A DNA stretch of 64,000 bases from an uncultured delta proteobacterium (GTDB taxonomy: Bacteria; Myxococcota; Myxococcia; Myxococcales; Myxococcaceae), in contig CAVYSY010000026.1 in NCBI GenBank assembly GCA_963771175.1, positions 32,001 to 96,000 on the forward strand, read 5' to 3'. The notes below the pieces were generated by a model, which saw only the letters and a program-made list of their open reading frames with translations, searched no databases and was not told the origin of the DNA. This document shows positions 20,284 to 32,476 of the stretch, piece after piece (positions within the stretch are counted from its first letter, which is position 1; each line of letters starts with the position of its first letter). Both the position numbers and the translations under genes were made by a program.

Positions 20284-22422
20284 TCAAGGCGCTCGGATCG
20301 GCGTACCCCGCGCGATCCGGTGGGAGGCGCCCGGCTGTTGGCGCTCCCACGTCGTCTGGCCGAGGCCGCTCCCCCGCCTGCCTTGGGCCTTGAAGCGCTC
20401 CTTGAGGTTGGCGAAGAAGTTCTTCTCCTCGCTCGGTGGGGGCCCTCGGGCGCGGCGCGTCCAGGTCCACGCAGCTCGCACGAGCTCGGCGGGGATGTCC
20501 TCGAGGAAGCGGGAGGGGGTGCGGGGCAGCTCCTTGCCCCGCTTCACCCGGGTGGCGGCGCGGGTCAGGTACAGCACGCTCCGGGCGCGGGTGATGCCCA
20601 CGTAGCAGAGCCGGCGCTCCTCCTCGAGGTTCTGGGCCTCGCCCTGCATGCCCCCGTGGGGCATCAGGTCCTCCTCCATGCCGATGAGGAAGACCGACCC
20701 GGTACTCCAGCCCCTTGGCGCCGTGCAGGGTCATCAGGGTGACGCGCGCTTCGGCCCGCGGGCGCCTCCTCCTCTTCCTGGCGGGTGTCGAGGGAGAGCC
20801 GGTTCAGGTAGGTGAGCAGGCTGGCCTTCTGCCCCTCGCGCTTCTCGAAGGCCTCCAGCGAGGCGAGGACCTGGTCGACCGACTTGAGCTTCCGGTCGGC
20901 CGCGGCGGCGAGCGCGGTGAGCGATGCGCGCGCGCGTCCTTGAAGCCGATCTCCTCCAGCAGCTCGCGGGTGACCTCGGCGAGGTTCCCGTGCTCGAAGC
21001 CCTGCCGGTAGCGCTCGATCAGCGCGAGGAACTCGCGCCACCTTCTCGGCCGCGCCCTGGGGCAGGTCCTCGCACTCGCTCGGCGCGCTGCCATCGCCTC
21101 CCAGAGCGTGACGCCGTCGCGCTCGCGCGTGCGCGGCGAGCCGCTCCATGGTGACGTCGCCGATGCCGCGCGCCGGCACGTTGACGATGCGCAGCAGCGA
21201 TGATCTCGTCCTGCGGGTTCGCGATCACCTTGAAGTAGGCGATGACGTCCTTCACCTCGCGCCGGTCGAAGAACTCGCTGCCGCCGACCACCTCGTAGCG
21301 GATGCCGCTTCTCGCGCAGCGCCTCCTCGATCGGGCGGGCCTGGCCGTTGGTGCGGTAGAGCACCGCGATCTCGTCCGGCGGGATGCCCGCCGGCCACGT
21401 GCTTGGGGATCTCGTGGGCGACGAAGCGCGCCTCCTCCTCCTCGGTGGGCGCGATCACCACCTGGATGCGCGCGCCGCCCTTGCGGTCGGTCCACATCCG
21501 CTTGGCCTTGCGCTCGGGGTTCTTCGCGATGACCGCGTTGGCCGCGTCGAGGATCACCTGGCGTGCGAGCGGTAGTTCTGCTCGAGCCGCACCTCCTTCG
21601 CCGCCGGGGAAGTAGCGGTCGAAGCTCGAGGATGTTGCTCACCTCCGCGCCGCGCCAGCTGTAGATGCACTGGTCGTCGTCGCCCACCGCGCAGACGTTG
21701 CGCGCTCGCCCGGCGAGCAGCATCAGCAGGTCCAGCTGGGCGCTGGTTGGTGTCCTGGAACTCGTCCACCAGCAGGTAGCGGAAGCGCCGGGTGTACTTC
21801 TCCTGCAGGCCTCGGGGTGCTCGCGGAGCAGCCGCGACGGGCAGGACGATCAGGTCGTCGAAGTCCACCGCCCCCTGCGCCTTGAGCGCGAGCTGGTAGA
21901 GCGGGAAGACCATGTGGGTGATGAGGTCGTAGTCGTCCCCCATCCCCTCCGGCCAGCGGCTCGGGCGTCTTGCCCGCGTTCTTCGCCCGGGAGATGAGGT
22001 CGAGCACCTTGCGCGCGTCGAAGGCGCGGTCGTCGATGCTGCCGCTCGCGCATCGCGCCGCTTGATGAGCGCGAGCTGGTCGCCCATGTCGGCGATGGCG
22101 AACTTCTTCGGCCAGCCCAGCCGGTGGATGTCCTCGCGCAGCACCTCGGCGCCGAAGGCGTGGAAGGTGCAGACCAGCACCCCCTGGGCGCGGGCGCCCG
22201 GCCATGTGCACCACCCGCTCCTTCATCTCCGCGGCGGCCTTGTTGGTGAAGGTCACCGCCAGGATGTTGCGGGCCGGGACGCCCTGGCTGTCGAGCAGGT
22301 GGACGATGCGGTGGGTGATGACGCGGGTCTTGCCCGCAGCCGGCGCCGGCCAGCACCAGCAGCGGCCCCTCGGTGGTGACCACGGCTTCGCGCTGCGGCG
22401 GGTTGAGCTTCGAGAGGTCCAT
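20284..22422 (-). CDS. UvrD/Rep/PcrA-family ATP-dependent DNA helicase (many frameshifts; 3' end approximate)
   Basis: [96 protein letters not shown]. Confidence 0.92.
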
Positions 22423-22456
22423 TGCGCGCGGGCCGGGGATACCCTTTGATCGCGCC

Positions 22457-23061
22457 GTGCGCGACAATTCCTTTCCGCGGCGGCCTCGCTTCTGCTCGTG
22501 CCTCGTCGCGGGCTCGCGCCTGCACCGCTGGTGGAAAGAGGACGCCGGAGCGCGGCGCCGCCGTCCGCGGAGGCCTCGGCGCGCCGTTCCCCTGCGTCCA
22601 CTTCGAGGAGCTGCGGCCCTTCCTCCCGGAGACGCTGGAGGGCTTCACGCGCGTCCGCGACGAGGGCTCCACCGGCCGGTACGGCGAGGTGTCGGTCAGC
22701 GAGGCGGAGCGCAGCTTCCTCGACGGTGAGGACCGGGAGGTGACGGTGCGCATCGTGGACACCACCCTGGGCGAGCAGGCTGGCGGCAGGCCATCCGCGC
22801 GGCGGCGCAGGAGGGCCGCCGACCGCGCGCAGAGCGATCCCACCGCCCCCATCTTCTGGAAGCGACGCGGTGGGCTTCGTGCGCTACGACGACGACGAAC
22901 GGGCTGGCCGAGGCGAACCTGCTCGTCGGCGACCGCTACGTGGTGGCGGTGAGCAGCCACGGCTTCCCGGGCACCGTGGAGGTGCGCAGGTGGCGCGCGG
23001 CATCGATCTCGACGGGCTGGCGCGACTGAGCCAGGCCTCCGGCGGCGCGGACCGCCAGTGA
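22457..23061 (+). CDS. Hypothetical protein (frameshifted, start uncertain)
   Basis: Well-biased segments [24 protein letters not shown]...VRIVDTT and GFVRYDD...[12 protein letters not shown]...[10 protein letters not shown] lie in different frames. Confidence 0.5.
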
Positions 23062-23153
23062 AAGGAGCATCCGTGGTGAAGGACAGAGGGTCGCGGCGGA
23101 ACGCACCGGATGTGCTCGAGCAGGAGGCGACGGCACGCCGGCAGGTGACCGCC

Positions 23154-23570
23154 ATGAGCAAGCGCGAGTTCCTCGAGCAGTACCCGAAGCTCGCCAAGCA
23201 CTTCTCGGCGGACGCCGGGCAACCCCGGCTCCTACGCGTGCGAGGGCTGCAAGCGCTGCGCGAACTGCATGTTCTGCCGCGACTGCGACAGCTGCTACCA
23301 GTGCACCCACTGCACCCGCTGCGAGCTGTGCAACAACTGCTCGCACTGCGTGGACTCAAGAGCTGCCACGCCTGCGCCTACTGCGTGCAGAGCGAGAACT
23401 GCACCACCAGCGCCTACCTGGTGCTGTGCCGCAACCTCTCGGACTGCAACTACTGCTTCGGCTGCGTGGGGCTCGTCCAAGAAGGACTTCCACATCCTCA
23501 ACGTGCCCTTCCCCCGCACCGAGTACTTCAAGCAGGTGAAGCGGCTGCGCAAGGAGCTGGGCATCTCTGA
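23154..23570 (+). CDS. Cys-rich (CxxC)n repeat protein (frameshifted; start may be further upstream)
   Basis: CEGCKRCANCMFCRDCDSCYQCTHCTRCELCNNCSHC...CHACAYC...CNYCFGCVGL.KKDFHILN. Confidence 0.75.
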   Translation: MSKREFLEQYPKLAKHFSADAGQPRLLRVRGLQALRELHVLPRLRQLLPVHPLHPLRAVQQLLALRGLKSCHACAYCVQSENCTTSAYLVLCRNLSDCNYCFGCVGLVQEGLPHPQRALPPHRVLQAGEAAAQGAGHL

Positions 23571-23588
23571 GGCCAGCCCCCGCCGCGC

Positions 23589-24784
23589 CTACAGGGCGCG
23601 GAGGACGAGCGCCTTGAGGTACTCGGTCTCCGGCAGGCCCGCCGAGCACCGGGTGGTCGAGCCCCGCGCCGCGCCGCTCGAGGATCTGCACCGGCCGCTT
23701 CGCGTCCGCGGCGGCCGAGAGCACCATCTCCTCGAAGGCCTCGCGCGCCAGCTTGCCGGAGCACGAGCAGGTGACGAGCAGCCCCTCGGGGCGCAGGCAC
23801 TTGAGGGCGCGCAGGTTGAGCTCGTGGTAGGCGCGCAGCGCGGTGGTCAGCCCCTCGCGCCGCTTGGCCAGCCCCGGCGGGTCGAGCACCACCGTGTCGA
23901 AGCGGCGGCCGGCCTCGGTCGAAGCGGCGCAGCACGTCGAAGGCGTTGGCGTTGCTCCACCGTGACGTTGGCGCGCCCGTTGCGCGCGGCGTTCGCCCGG
24001 GCGCGCTCGGCGGCCTTCGCGTCCTGCTCCACCGCGAGCACCGAGTCGCAGCGGCGCGCCGAGCGCCAGCGCGAAGCCCCCGTGGTAGCTGAAGAGGTCG
24101 AGCGCCTCGCCCCGGCGCCAGCTCGCCCGCGCGCAGGTGGTTGTCCACCTGGTCCAGGAAGGCGCCGGTCTTCATGTCCTCGAGCAGGTCCACCTCGAAG
24201 AGGTTCTCCCCCTCGTGGTAGCTGAAGCGGGCGCTCGCCCTGGCCGTGCAGCAGCCGCACCTCGCGCGGCAGGCCCTCGAAGTCGCGGCCCGAGGCGTCG
24301 TCGCGGCACACCACGTGGGTGGCGCCGGTGAGCTCGGCCAGCGTGCGCGCCAGCGCACTCCTTGCGCGCGTCCATGCCCTCGGAGAGCGTCTGCAGCGAT
24401 GAGGCCCGCGCCGTAGCGATCGACGAAGAGGCCCGGGCAGCAGGTCCGCCTCGCCGTGCACCAGCGCGCAGGCCGTCCCGGTCGCGCAGCGGCGCGCGCC
24501 TCGCGAGGGACAGCTCCAGGCGGCGGCGGAAGAAGGCCTCGTCCACCGGCTCCTCGGCGGCGCCCTTGCGGGTGAGCAGGCGCAGCGCGAGCGGCGAGCG
24601 CTGCGCGTAGAAGGCCTGGCCGATGGGGTTGCTCTGCGGGTCCACCACCGGCACCACCGCGCCGCGCTCCTGCGTCGTCGGGCGGCTCCAGCAGCTCGGT
24701 GCGGTACAGCCAGGGGTGGCCGCGGCGCAGGGCCTTGGCCCCCTTGGGAGTCACGCGGGCGGTGGGCTGGGAAGAACGGGCCAT
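23589..24784 (-). CDS. rlmI: RlmI/RlmK-type class I SAM-dependent rRNA methyltransferase (frameshifted)
   Basis: PUA-like RRGHPWLY, HGEAD.LPGL.VDRY, KTGAFLDQVDN, VVLDPP, LLVTCSCS, DHPV....PETEYLK. Confidence 0.85.
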
Positions 24785-24795
24785 GGTCTCTTGTG

Positions 24796-25994
24796 TCACT
24801 CCAGCCCGCGGGCGGCCAGCTCGTGGTCGTCCTCGCCGCGCAGGTGCCCCACCTCGTGGAGCAGCGTCACCCGGATCTGCTCGCGCAGCTCCTCCCGGGA
24901 GCGCACCGCGCGGGCGAGGTTGAGCCGGTAGAGGGCCACCGAGCGGCAGGGCGTCTCCGAGCCGTCGCACGGCTCGTCCAGCGGCGGGCCCCGGAAGAGG
25001 CCGAGGATGGCCGGCGACAGCGGCGGCTCGCCGGAGAGCAGGTCTTCGTCCGCGGGCAGCTCCTCGGCGCGCACCGGCACCCCGGCGAGGTCCTCGCGCA
25101 TGTCCGCGGGGAGCGCGAGCCACCGCCTGGGCCACCTCCTCGCGGAACTCCGCCTCGGAGGGCGTGGGCGGCACGGGGAAGTCCTCCGGCGAGAGGCTGC
25201 GCGCCTTGTCGAAGTGCACCTGCGCCTGCTTCCACTTGCCCTCGCGCTCCAGCAGCAGCCCGAGGTGGTAGTGCGCGTGCGCCCCGCGCTCCGGGTCGTT
25301 CACCAGCCCGCTGAAGGCCGCCTTGGCCTCGGCGAAGCGGCACAGCTCGAAGAGGGCCAGGGCCTTCTCGTAGCGCGGCCTCGTGGTTGTTCGGCTCGCG
25401 CGCCAGGACGAGCGAGGCGTGCGAGAGGGCCTCGCTGGCCTGCCCCAGGTCGTTCAGCGCCATGGCGGCCACCAGGGCGAAGCGAGGCAGCATCTCCGGC
25501 GACACGTCGGGCTGGGAGAGCCCGCGCTCGGCATAGAGGGCGCCCAGCTCGTCGTACTCGCGGCTGGAGGGGAGCTGCACGGCGTACAGGTGCGCCGCGC
25601 CCAGCAGCGCGTCCGGGTGGCCCGGGTCGATGGCCAGCGCCCGGGCATAGGCCACCTGCGCCTCCGCCGTGCGGTCGAGGGCGGCCAGCGCCTCGCCGCG
25701 CGCCGCGTGGGCGGCGGCCGAGTCCGGCTCCAGCGCGGAGGCCTGGGCGGCGCAGGAGAGGGCCTCCGGGTACTTGCCCTCGTCGAGGAAGTCCAACGCC
25801 GCGTCGAGCGGGGCGGCCCCCTTCGCCCGGCAGGGAGGAAGGGGCTCGGGCACGGGGGTGGACGCGGTGGCGGGTACGGACGCGGCGGTGGCCGAGGTGC
25901 CCGCGTCGGAGATGGCCGACGTGGACGGAGGAGACGTCCGCTGACAGGCACCGAGGAGGAGGAGACAGAAGGCGAACGAACCGCGCCGGAACAT
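24796..25994 (-). CDS. TPR-repeat lipoprotein with C-terminal zincin-like (DUF1025-like) metallopeptidase (frameshifted)
   Basis: Lipobox LGAC, TPR helices, ILGLFRG, QIRVTLLHEVGHLRGEDD.EL..RGL. Confidence 0.8.
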
Positions 25995-26092
25995 GGGGGG
26001 CGCAGGCTACGGCATCGCTCGGAACACGGGAAGGAGTCTGATGCCTGCCCGTCTGGTGTCCCATTCCGCTTCTTCGAGCCGCGGCCCCTCTG

Positions 26093-26139
26093 AAAAGCAC
26101 CGAGGCCCGTCGTCGCCGTGCGGCGAGGACAGGCCCCGG
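26093..26139 (-). terminator. Rho-independent terminator after pilY1
   Basis: CCGGGGCCTGTC-CTCGCC-GCAC-GGCGAC-GACGGGCCTCGG long hairpin followed by TGCTTTT. Confidence 0.6.
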
Positions 26140-26159
26140 GGGTGAAGCTCAACCTTCCG

Positions 26160-29100
26160 TCACATCTCCGAGGGGACGCACGCGTCCGTGTTGCCGTTGA
26201 TTTCGCGCACGTGCCGGCACGAATGCAGGCCCTGCGAGACAGGCAGCTCGTAGATGTACTGCAGCACGTCCATGTCGGCGGAGAGCTGCACCTCGGTGGC
26301 CTGCTGCTTGCCGGGCTCGACGAAGACGGCGCTGTACTTCACCTGACCCGTCTTCGACACCTGGATGGCGACGCCCGGCTCGGGCGGAGGCGCCAGCACC
26401 GCGCGATCCTGGTAACGGGCATACCCGGTCGTCCCGAGGAAGCCCGCCGCGCAGTTGGGAGCGCCGGTGAGGAAGTCCGCCTGATGAAGGCGGGCCAGGT
26501 TGCCGCCGCCGCCGGCGCAGGCCCCTCCCGACGAGGCACCGGGGTACATGGAGTTCCACAGTGCGCAGCTCGCCAGCACCGACGAGCCGCTGGCCGTCTT
26601 GTGGTCCATGGAGTCGTACTCGTAGAACCAACCCATGTCGTCCGTGCCGGCCACCACCTTCTTCGCATCGTTGGGGTTGCCGGGACACACCTTGCCGTCC
26701 GCGCACTTGCAGTTGCCCAGGGCGTCGCACTGCACGTTCGTCACGTCGACGAGGCTGCCCGTGCCCTTGAGCCCTCCGGAGTCGGAGAGCCGCAGCCAGT
26801 CGTAGTGCCTGGCCTTGTTGGTCGGGGTGGACGACGAGCCCTCCTCGAACATGCGGTCCTGGATGCCGCCGTAGACCCAGACACCGAAGTAGCGGTTCTT
26901 GCCGAGCACGGCGGCGGTGGACGTCGGATTGACGTCCAGGTCGTTCATGTTCAGCGTGTTGCCAGGGTCGCGCACGCGGCAGTCGAAGACGCCGTCGGCG
27001 TTCTGCCCGCAGTCCACCTTGGTCCGGGCGAACTCGTAGCCGACCGTCCCCTTCCCGGAGGACGTGGGGCAGGCCAGCGTATTGCGTTCCTCGAACTCGG
27101 CCTTGAGGAAGTCCGTGTCACCCGCCGTGCCGCAGAAGCTGGCGGGCGCGGTGCTGCCCCAGGGGGTGTACTTGCCTTGCTTGTAGGCCAGGTCCCCCCA
27201 CGCGTTGCTCATCCGCTGGTACTCGGTGTCGTTGCGCGTCAGCTTGTAGCCGACGGACGTCGTATCGCACCCCAGCTTGGAGCACGCCTGCGGGTTGTCG
27301 AAGCGGCAGGTGCCCGCGCCCTTCTCCAGCAGCGAGTAGCGGTTGCCCGTCCCGATGAAGGCGCGCAGGGCGGCGTTGTCCTGCTGCATCACCAGCGAGG
27401 GCAGGTAATAGAAGGGCGAGCGGTCGCTGATGCGCAGCGGGTCGGACGAGTCCTGACCGTCCCGATCCATCACGAAGGAGCGCCCGCCGCTCCAGTTCTT
27501 GATGAGCTTCGTGCTGCTGTCGAGCACACCCGGCTCGTAGAAGCGCAGCGTCCAGAGCTGGCCGCCCAGGTCACCCGCCACCGCGGTGTCGAAGAAGCCG
27601 TCGAACCTCGGCTGGCTGTTGGAGCCATAGTCCGCCATGGCCACCGGGGCCGCGAAGCCGTACGTCATGTGCTTGCGCGGCTCGTCGATGTCGCCGGAGG
27701 CGGTCTCCGAGAACTCCCACTTCCACAGCAGGTTGTCGCGGCGGCCGTTCACCGTGCCGTTCCACACGTCCACCATGTAGAGGCCGCGGCCCTTCTCACC
27801 GCCCGGCGACCAGCCGCCCGACAGCATCGCCACCCAGCGCTCGGAGCTCTTGCTCGCGCCCTTGCCATGGCGCTCCTGCCCCGTGAGCGTCGTGCCCGTG
27901 GGCGACTTCACCGTCTCCGGATCCAGCAGCACGGGGCCGATGGGCGGCGGCTTGGGGCTGAGGCTCACGAGCGTCTTGCCGAAGCGCAGCGCCTCGTCCG
28001 AGCACGGCTGCGGGAACATCCAGCGGAAGCCCGGCTGCGGCATCGCGTTCGTCACGTCCACGCCGTTGGAGTCCCAGAGCATCTCCAGGGCGAAGTAGTG
28101 CGTGCCGCCGCGACCCTCGGCCACCAGGGCCACGGTGCGGAACTCGTCCCAGCTCTTCTGCCCGTCGCCATTCTCGTCCGCCCAGATGTCGCGCACCATG
28201 ATGTCGCCGTCGACGTAGTAGGCGTGGCCCTGCAGCATCTCCTGCAGCCGCGACTGCATGTCCGCCGGGATGAAGGCCCACCGCTCCTTCGCCGCCACCC
28301 GTCGCGGCGCTCGGATACGCGATGTCGCACGAGGCGTCCTCCACGCCCTGGCCGTCGCTGAAGGCGTGCAGCATGCCGTCGTTGGCGCCCACCAGGATGA
28401 GGCGCTCGCGCTTGCGGTTGACGTACTGGTAGGCGTCGTACGCATCGCGCTCCAGCGTCTTGGAGATCTTGCACGACGTGCGCAGATCATCGCGCGGGAG
28501 CAGCTTCGTGGACTCCACGCCGGGTGTCCCCGTGGTGTCGTAGAGCGTGCGCACGCACTGGTTGCTGATGCCCAGGTCGCACAGGAACTTGTCCACCGGG
28601 GGATCCACCACCACCGGCGACGAGTGGAAGATGTCGCCCAGGGGGTTCGGCCGGGTGTCGAGGCGGTTGTTGTCCGCGTCCTCGTCGAAGATGTCCTGCC
28701 CGCGCACGTACTGGATGACCAGCGCCGTGCACAGCAGATCATACGCATCCTGCGTCGTCGGAGTGGCCGGCAGCCCCTTGAGGCCCGAGGAGACCATCAA
28801 CGCCGAAGCATCCAGGAGGCTCTGGTTCATGCGCTCCAGGATGAAGCCCGGCTTGAAGGTGGTACCGGAACCACTGGGACACAGCGGCGCCCCGCTCACC
28901 GCCAGGTACTGGCGGAGCTCGGTGATGTTGTCGAGGTGGAACTTGACGAGCGCGTCCTGGTTCGTCAGCAGACCGTCCTTGGTCCCGCCACCGCCCACGT
29001 TCCCGTTGTCCGTCACCGTCCAGATGTTGCGGTTGGCGTGCCCGAGCGTCTCGAGTTCCTTGCTCGCCTCCCAGAAGGGCTCGGCGTCAGCACCGAAGAC

Positions 29101-30753
29101 AGGCGTGCCGCCCGGGCCCCCATTCGGGGACAGCAGCTTGTGGTACTCGTTCATGCCGTCCTCGGCGACGACGCTGCCCGACTTGTCGATGAGGAAGATG
29201 TCGGCGCGGTCCCCGTCCTTGTTCTTGTCCGCGTCCTCGACGAACTCGTTGAACTGCTCGTAGCGGAAGAGCTTGCCCTGCCACGCCCTGCCCTTGGCGG
29301 GCAGCATGCGCGGGACGACCGCCGTCAGGGCCGCGCTCTGCGTCTGCAGCGTGCTGATGGCCGCGGTGGAGAAGGAGGTGTTGCGCGAGTTGATGTCGTC
29401 CAGGATGGTCAACATGACGCGCTTGAGCTCGCTAGTGCTGCGGGCCGGGAAGAACCTGCCGCCCCCCAGCTCCGCCGTCCGCTGCAGCAGCTTGCTGTCG
29501 GACACGTCCTCCGAGAAGCCGATGGTGTAGGTGGCCACGCGCTGCTGGCCCGGCATGTCCGCGCGCAGGTCCTTCTCCCACATGAACTTCGCCACCTTGT
29601 GCAGATAGCTCGAGGAGCAGCCCGTGCAGGTCGCCGGATCGTCCTTGATTTCCTTCGGCAGGGAGACCACGTCGCCCTCGTCGTAGGGCTCGCCGTCCGT
29701 CAGCAGGATGATGGCGTTGAAGCCGCACTCGAAGCAGACGGCGTCCGACGCGGAGAAGTCGCTGCTCGTCGGGAAGCTGGTGAAGTAGTTGGAGAAGGCC
29801 GAGGGACTCTTGGACTGGAAGAGGTAGCCGGCCGCGTAGAGCGCGTCCGCGAGCGGAGTGTTGCAGCTCCCCCAACCCAGGCCGTTGCTGTTGTTGGCGT
29901 TGACGTTGGTGAGCCCGTTGAGCACCGAGTTGCGGTTGTTCTCCACGGCGCTGTTGTCCAGCGGGAAGGACTTGGCGCACGTGGGGCCCATGGGCTGCTG
30001 CATGCAGAGACACTGCGGGCCGCCGGAGCCGCCCTTCGGGCCCCAGCACGTCTTCGCGTCACGGGTCTCGAAGCCCATGACGCCGAAGCGCACCTCGCGC
30101 AGGTCGCGCACCACGTCCGCCAGCACCTTCACGGCGCCCGAGTCACGCGGCGCGTAGTAGTTGAGGAAGTTGCCCTTCACCCGCCGGTTTTTGTCGTTCT
30201 GGATGTAGTAGCCCCGGTCGGCGAGGCAGGACTCGCAGGTGCCCTGGTCCGAGCCGATGCCGGGGATGCTCTTGCACGCGTCGGCCGCGCTCGTCCACGG
30301 AGCGGTCCAGGTCTTCCCGTCGGCCGGATTCTTGCCGAGGTACGGGCTGGCGCCGAAGAGGACGCCATACCCGTCCTTCGGCGCGTCGTAGTACTTCTCG
30401 TTGGCCCACCAGTCGTTGGACTGGGCGTTGAGGCCCGTCCACAGGCGGTCGTACGTCTCGGTCTTGTCGTACCCCAACCCGTTGAGGAAGGAGTCCGAGC
30501 AGCCCTTCGTGCTCGGCCAGGACTTCGGCCAGTTGTGCATCGAGCCGGAGGTGTCGATGACGAAGAGGATGTTGGGAGGCCCGCCTGGGCGCGAGAAGAA
30601 CTTCTCGTCGCTGCCCCGGGTCGGATTCATCAGGGCGTCCAGACGGGACGTGGTGGGCAGGCAGCAGGCCGCCTGATCAATCGCGGAGGCGGTGTCCGCC
30701 TGGAGCAACACCGCGGAGAGAGCAACGAGGCTGAGCGTCAGCTTGCGGAACAT
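26160..30753 (-). CDS. pilY1: PilY1/PilC-like type IV pilus tip adhesin, vWA + beta-propeller (~1530 aa; one frameshift near 28290)
   Basis: Signal peptide; vWA ILFVIDTSGSM, NTPLADAL, IILLTDGEP; LGDIFHSSPVVV, VGANDGMLHAF, ERWAFIP, YYVDG, AGDLGGQLW, FIGTG. Confidence 0.88.
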
Positions 30754-30764
30754 GGCGCCTTTCC

Positions 30765-31262
30765 TCACAGACCGTAACGGAAGAGGAACTCGACCTCGGA
30801 CTCGCGGCCCGAGGAGGCTTCCTGACACTTGACGACGACGCGGTAGTACTGCCCACCCAGGGTGCCACCCCCACTGGCGGCCACGTTGGCGATGTCGCGC
30901 GCCTGCCGGTTGGCCGCGCCCATCAACGCCGGGCTCACCGCCACCACCGTGGCCTCCGCCTCGGTGCCGTAGTGGCCCGTGCGCAGGTGCGAGCGCTCAT
31001 CCGGATTGGGATCATCGATGAGCTTCGTATCGAGGATCTGCAGGTTGGTGGTCGCGCGGAACAGCTTCAGCCGCGACAGCAGGTGACGGCGTGCCGCGTC
31101 CGCGCAGGCGTTGACGCGATCGCCGCGCAGCTTCTCGGCCGTCGCCTCGCGGTTGTAGTTGGTGAACTGGATGGCGCCCCCCACCAAGCCCATCAGCACG
31201 GCGATGGCGATGAGGGTCATCATCAGGGCGTTGCCACGGGGAGCCCGCGTCCTGAGGTACAT
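30765..31262 (-). CDS. pilX: PilX-like minor pilin
   Basis: Class III signal RG|NALMMTLIAIAVL lacking Glu5, as typical of PilX; directly upstream of pilY1. Confidence 0.75.
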   Translation of the reverse strand: MYLRTRAPRGNALMMTLIAIAVLMGLVGGAIQFTNYNREATAEKLRGDRVNACADAARRHLLSRLKLFRATTNLQILDTKLIDDPNPDERSHLRTGHYGTEAEATVVAVSPALMGAANRQARDIANVAASGGGTLGGQYYRVVVKCQEASSGRESEVEFLFRYGL

Positions 31263-31267
31263 GATGT

Positions 31268-32461
31268 TCAACCTCCCCACGCGTTGAGACCAGATTCCTG
31301 GTCGCCAACCGGCGGGTTGAAAGCGGAGCGCGACATCAGGTTCGGCACGCGCACCGTCGTCGTCGTATTGGTCCGATAGAAGCCGTCGGCAGCCGTCGCC
31401 TCGCCCGAGTCCTCCAGACTCACGCGCTCGAAGGCGCGGCGTCCGTTGGGCTCGCGATTGGTGGAGCGCACGCCGATGCTCACGCGCACGGCGCGGATGT
31501 TGGCCGGGTGCCGGTTGTAGCGGGCGGCATTCTCGTAGGGCGTCTTGTAGGTGGGGGCCGGCGAGGCCGTCACATCCGGGAACCGGTCCTGGTCCACGCT
31601 GCCCATGTCCCCCATCACCCAGTTGGGCCCGCTGGAGCTCGCGTCCACGGCGGGCAGCGTCGAGAGCGTACCGGTGGGAGGCGGGCGGTTCATCAAGTAG
31701 GCCACCTGGAAGGACTCCACGTCCGCCACCAGCGGGACCGCGGTGGCCAGGTCCAGCTCGTCGAGGCTCTGGAAGGCCATCAGGAACGGGCGGCCGTCCA
31801 GGTTCATCACGCGGATGCGCACCTCGTGCAGGAGCAGGATGAAGGGCGCCTGCTCTCCCCCCTTGCCCAGGCACGCATCGTCCGTCGCGACCGTGGACAG
31901 GGCCGTGTCCACCGTGAGGCTGGAGGCCTGCGTGGCATCCTTGGCGACCCCGCCCGCTCCGGCCTTCACCACCAGGTAGCTCTCACCGCCCCTGCACGAG
32001 ACGATGAAGCGCTGGTTCTTGGGGAAGTTCATGCCGAACGTGAACCCGGGCTCCAACTGGATACCGGAGGCCCCGGCATAGCGACCCCGGCGCATCCACG
32101 CGGCATCCCGGTAGCGGAAGGCCAGGTCATCGGTGACCGCATTGGGGATGCCGGTGCCGAGCACGATGGGGTAGTTGGCCTTGAGGTTGGACGGCAGCAC
32201 GGTGGTGCCGAAGTCGAACGCGATGCGCGGATCCACTCCGTAGCCGGCCATGCGCATCCGCTGCTCGATGAAGTTCGTCGCCGTCCGCAATCCCTCCACC
32301 GCGACCTTGATGCGCGACTCGGTCTGGTAGGAGGCCTGCACGCCCATGACGGTCACCGCCACCGCGGAGAGGATGATGGTGGTCGTCACCGCTCCGACCA
32401 GGAGCTCGATCAGAGTGAAGCCGCGCGGCGGCGAGGGCGGAGGGGTTTTCGACAGGGCCAT
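31268..32461 (-). CDS. pilW: PilW-like minor pilin
   Basis: RG|FTLIELLVG, RMAGYG, VESFQVAY, IRAVRVSI, TTTVRVPNL. Confidence 0.85.
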   Translation of the reverse strand: MALSKTPPPSPPRGFTLIELLVGAVTTTIILSAVAVTVMGVQASYQTESRIKVAVEGLRTATNFIEQRMRMAGYGVDPRIAFDFGTTVLPSNLKANYPIVLGTGIPNAVTDDLAFRYRDAAWMRRGRYAGASGIQLEPGFTFGMNFPKNQRFIVSCRGGESYLVVKAGAGGVAKDATQASSLTVDTALSTVATDDACLGKGGEQAPFILLLHEVRIRVMNLDGRPFLMAFQSLDELDLATAVPLVADVESFQVAYLMNRPPPTGTLSTLPAVDASSSGPNWVMGDMGSVDQDRFPDVTASPAPTYKTPYENAARYNRHPANIRAVRVSIGVRSTNREPNGRRAFERVSLEDSGEATAADGFYRTNTTTTVRVPNLMSRSAFNPPVGDQESGLNAWGG

Positions 32462-32476
32462 GTTGACCGCTCTGGA

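Noticed and set aside
28280..28310. Phase variation or programmed frameshift in pilY1
   Set aside because: No homopolymer or short-repeat tract at the site; it looks like a single extra base, as elsewhere in the window.
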